A stretch of DNA of 27,238 bases from a virus (taxonomy: Duplodnaviria; Caudoviricetes): positions 1 to 27,238 of the IMG/VR virus record IMGVR_UViG_3300005837_000293. One strand, given 5' to 3'. The notes below the pieces were generated by a model. It did no database searches and was not told where the DNA came from. It was given only the letters and a program-made list of their open reading frames with translations. The translations under genes were made by a program, and so were the position numbers. Below, in pieces: positions 24,849 through 27,238 of the stretch. The first letter of the stretch is position 1. Each line of letters begins with the position of its first letter.

Positions 24849-25109
24849 ATGAGTAAAGTAAAAGATTTAGTATCTAAAGTAGAAGATCAAGAGCTGGTAA
24901 ACCTACAAGAACTTGTAAAAGCTATCAATCAAGTACAATTACAGATTGGCGGATTAGAAGCTCAAAAACACGACTTATTGCACCAGTTAGTTGGCATTAA
25001 GCAGAAGTTAAATGAATTTCAAGAAGAGCTTGAAAAGAAATACGGAAATGTCTCTATAGATATTCAAAGCGGAGAAATTAAAGAAAATGAATCTCCTGAG
25101 AAAAATTAG
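24849..25109 (+). CDS. Coiled-coil hypothetical protein (86 aa)
   Basis: Start at MSKVKDLV; ends LEKKYG.V.IDI.SGEI. Confidence 0.7.
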   Translation: MSKVKDLVSKVEDQELVNLQELVKAINQVQLQIGGLEAQKHDLLHQLVGIKQKLNEFQEELEKKYGNVSIDIQSGEIKENESPEKN

Positions 25110-25305
25110 TATAGGAAAAGACTATAAAAATGACGCCATGCACTATTCTGTTGGACAGGAAGTGTATGGTGGTCATACTATAGTTAACATTATAGAGGAA
25201 GAAGAAAAGTACTCTATCTATATACAAAAAGGGGATGATATCATACCATGGAAAGATTTTAACAAAAACATGGCAATTGCTATTGAATATAATATAGATT
25301 ATTAA
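25087..25305 (+). CDS. Hypothetical protein
   Basis: 72 aa ORF in operon. Confidence 0.7.
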   Translation: MNLLRKISIGKDYKNDAMHYSVGQEVYGGHTIVNIIEEEEKYSIYIQKGDDIIPWKDFNKNMAIAIEYNIDY

Positions 25306-25904
25306 TGAAAGGCATTTTTGATTTTGTTGTTATACCTAAAGATGATAGATACAACAATACAAAAAATATAAGCGGCCAAGAATTAATATTAAATACCGAA
25401 TTACAAAACCACAATTTTGTTTCAAGAATAGGTATTGTTATGGCTGCTCCTAGTACCAATACAACAGGCGTACGAGAAGGGGATGAAGTTATATTGCACC
25501 ATAATGTATTTAGAAGGTTTCGGGATATAAGGGGTGTTGAAAAAAATAGCAAAAGCTATTATAAAAACAATATGTATTTTGTTTCTCCGGATCAAATATT
25601 TGCATATAAGCGAATAGTAAAGTGGATTCCGCTTAATGGATTTAATTTTGTTAAGCCAATAAAAGAAGACAAAATGTTTTCTACAAACTTTGAAAAGCCG
25701 TTAGTTGGCGTTTTAAAATATAAAGACCCAAATTTACATTCGGTAAATGAAGGCGACCTTGTTGGCTTTAAGCCTGGTTCAGAATATGATTTTTTAATTG
25801 ATAAAGAAAAATTGTATAGAGTTCCGACCAATTTAATTACAATCAAATATGAATATCAAGGAAACGAAAAAGAATATAATCCAAGCTGGGCGCAAAGCGG
25901 TTAA
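25305..25904 (+). CDS. GroES-like protein, apparently two tandem GroES-like folds
   Basis: First half FVVIP...GIV.A.P...VREGDEV+L; second half FVKPI...GVL......VNEGDLVGF. Confidence 0.55.
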   Translation: MKGIFDFVVIPKDDRYNNTKNISGQELILNTELQNHNFVSRIGIVMAAPSTNTTGVREGDEVILHHNVFRRFRDIRGVEKNSKSYYKNNMYFVSPDQIFAYKRIVKWIPLNGFNFVKPIKEDKMFSTNFEKPLVGVLKYKDPNLHSVNEGDLVGFKPGSEYDFLIDKEKLYRVPTNLITIKYEYQGNEKEYNPSWAQSG

Positions 25905-26124
25905 TGAATTAATAAAAGTTGCTGAAGAGCCTATAGTAGATTCTGGTGATGATATTACCGCTGACAGACTTAAAAATGCTGCAGCTACTAAAAAACTAGC
26001 TATATTTGATGCGTTTGAAATATTGCAAAGAATTCAGGACGAAGAAAATATGTTAGAAAATAAACCTAAAGAAGAAGCTCCCAAGAAAACTTTTAGTGGG
26101 TTTGCAGAAAAGAGATCGAAATAA
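25849..26124 (+). CDS. Putative terminase small subunit
   Basis: Small helical protein directly upstream of, and overlapping, terL; positional inference. Confidence 0.45.
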   Translation: MNIKETKKNIIQAGRKAVNELIKVAEEPIVDSGDDITADRLKNAAATKKLAIFDAFEILQRIQDEENMLENKPKEEAPKKTFSGFAEKRSK

Positions 26125-27238
26125 TGTACGAACAAACTTTATACAGTGTAATAACACCGATAAAAAGTAATACAATATCGAGGCTCAATAAAGGTAAAAA
26201 ATGGGAGTATGGCTATAACAAAGAACATGACATTATTGTTATAAGCAAAACTGGACAAATTGGTGATATATATAAAATACAAAATTTAAAAATAGCATTA
26301 CCAAAAAAGCCGTCTAATATAGACAAATCAAATGACAAATGGGTCGTTGAAGAATTACCAAAAGAATTAAAGCGTATACAAAGCGTGTTTGATTGGCGTG
26401 ATTATCCCGACGACTTTAAAGAAAAATGGGAACCATATATAGATGAACAATTCAAACGCCGTGACGAAGGCCATTGGTTCAATAATAAAGGTGTGGGCAC
26501 TTACATTACTGGCACTCACTTTATGTACCTGCAGTGGTCTAAGATTGACGTTGGGCACCCAGAATTTAGGGAAGCCAATAGATTATTCTTCATTTTCTGG
26601 GAAGCTTGCAAAGCAGACAGAAGATGCTACGGTATGTGTTACCTCAAAAATAGACGTTCAGGATTTTCATTCATGGCAAGTGGCGAGACCGTTAACATGG
26701 CCACAATATCAAGCGATTCGCGATTCGGGATATTATCAAAGTCCGGTGCTGATGCTAAAAAAATGTTTACAGACAAGGTAGTACCAATATCAGTTAACTA
26801 TCCTTTTTTCTTTAAACCTATACAAGACGGTATGGACCGTCCAAAAACAGAGTTGGCATATAGAATACCAGCGTCAAGACTCACAAGAAAGTCAATACAA
26901 AATAAACAAGATCAAGAGTTGCTAGAGGGCTTAGATACAACTATTGACTGGAAAAATACAGGTGACAACAGCTACGACGGTGAAAAATTGAAACTGTTAG
27001 TTCACGATGAAAGCGGTAAATGGGAAAAGCCAGATAATATATTAAACAACTGGAGGGTTACCAAAACAACGTTACGATTAGGTAGTCGCATTATAGGTAA
27101 ATGTATGATGGGATCTACATCCAATGCCTTAGATAAAGGCGGTGAAAACTTTAAAAAGTTATATAATGATTCAGACGTTACAAAAAGAAACCGCAATGGA
27201 CAGACTAAGTCAGGACTATATTCTTTGTTCATACCTAT
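26124..27238 (+). CDS. terL: Terminase large subunit (5' part, runs off the window edge)
   Basis: Own translation from ATG at 26124: Walker A-like YLKNRRSGFS, Walker B LLVHDESGK, coupling motif GSTS; frame open to the end. Confidence 0.9.
   Translation, partial: MYEQTLYSVITPIKSNTISRLNKGKKWEYGYNKEHDIIVISKTGQIGDIYKIQNLKIALPKKPSNIDKSNDKWVVEELPKELKRIQSVFDWRDYPDDFKEKWEPYIDEQFKRRDEGHWFNNKGVGTYITGTHFMYLQWSKIDVGHPEFREANRLFFIFWEACKADRRCYGMCYLKNRRSGFSFMASGETVNMATISSDSRFGILSKSGADAKKMFTDKVVPISVNYPFFFKPIQDGMDRPKTELAYRIPASRLTRKSIQNKQDQELLEGLDTTIDWKNTGDNSYDGEKLKLLVHDESGKWEKPDNILNNWRVTKTTLRLGSRIIGKCMMGSTSNALDKGGENFKKLYNDSDVTKRNRNGQTKSGLYSLFIP

Noticed and set aside
11979-27232. Many antisense or alternate-frame ORFs inside long genes (e.g. 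19851..20231, 20475..20855, 26443..26781)
   Set aside because: Shadows of well-supported genes (groEL, tail fibres, terL).

Overview
A 27.2 kb AT-rich segment of a tailed dsDNA bacteriophage genome. The host is probably Bacteroidota/Flavobacteriia; this is inferred from A/T-rich start regions without Shine-Dalgarno motifs and from gene content. Two arms diverge at about 11.2-11.5 kb. The left arm (minus strand) holds many small early-type ORFs, a non-coding RNA cluster, and DNA metabolism/transcription genes: GP88-like protein, KTSC protein, ATP-dependent ligase, pyrimidine-dimer glycosylase-like protein, HTH protein, sigma70-family factor, ERF recombinase and PD-(D/E)XK exonuclease. The right arm (plus strand) holds tail-fibre/virion proteins, groEL-groES, small basic putative internal proteins, a holin, a GroES-like protein and terminase subunits. 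The most notable signals are: (1) a ~95 nt RNA shaped like the tRNA-like domain of tmRNA (G3·U70, A73, no D-stem) with no mRNA-like domain, ending a ~600 nt array of structured RNAs; (2) nine exactly spaced copies of a tripartite promoter-like motif TACA-N7-YACGA-N8-CGATAAYATA; (3) three ~47 bp inverted-repeat sites with AT-rich spacers, one on the start of an HTH gene; (4) a dispersed, oriented GTGTATAGCA motif; (5) a shared SP-x-K motif in a cluster of small late proteins. All family assignments come from motif recognition by eye; no searches or folding programs were run.
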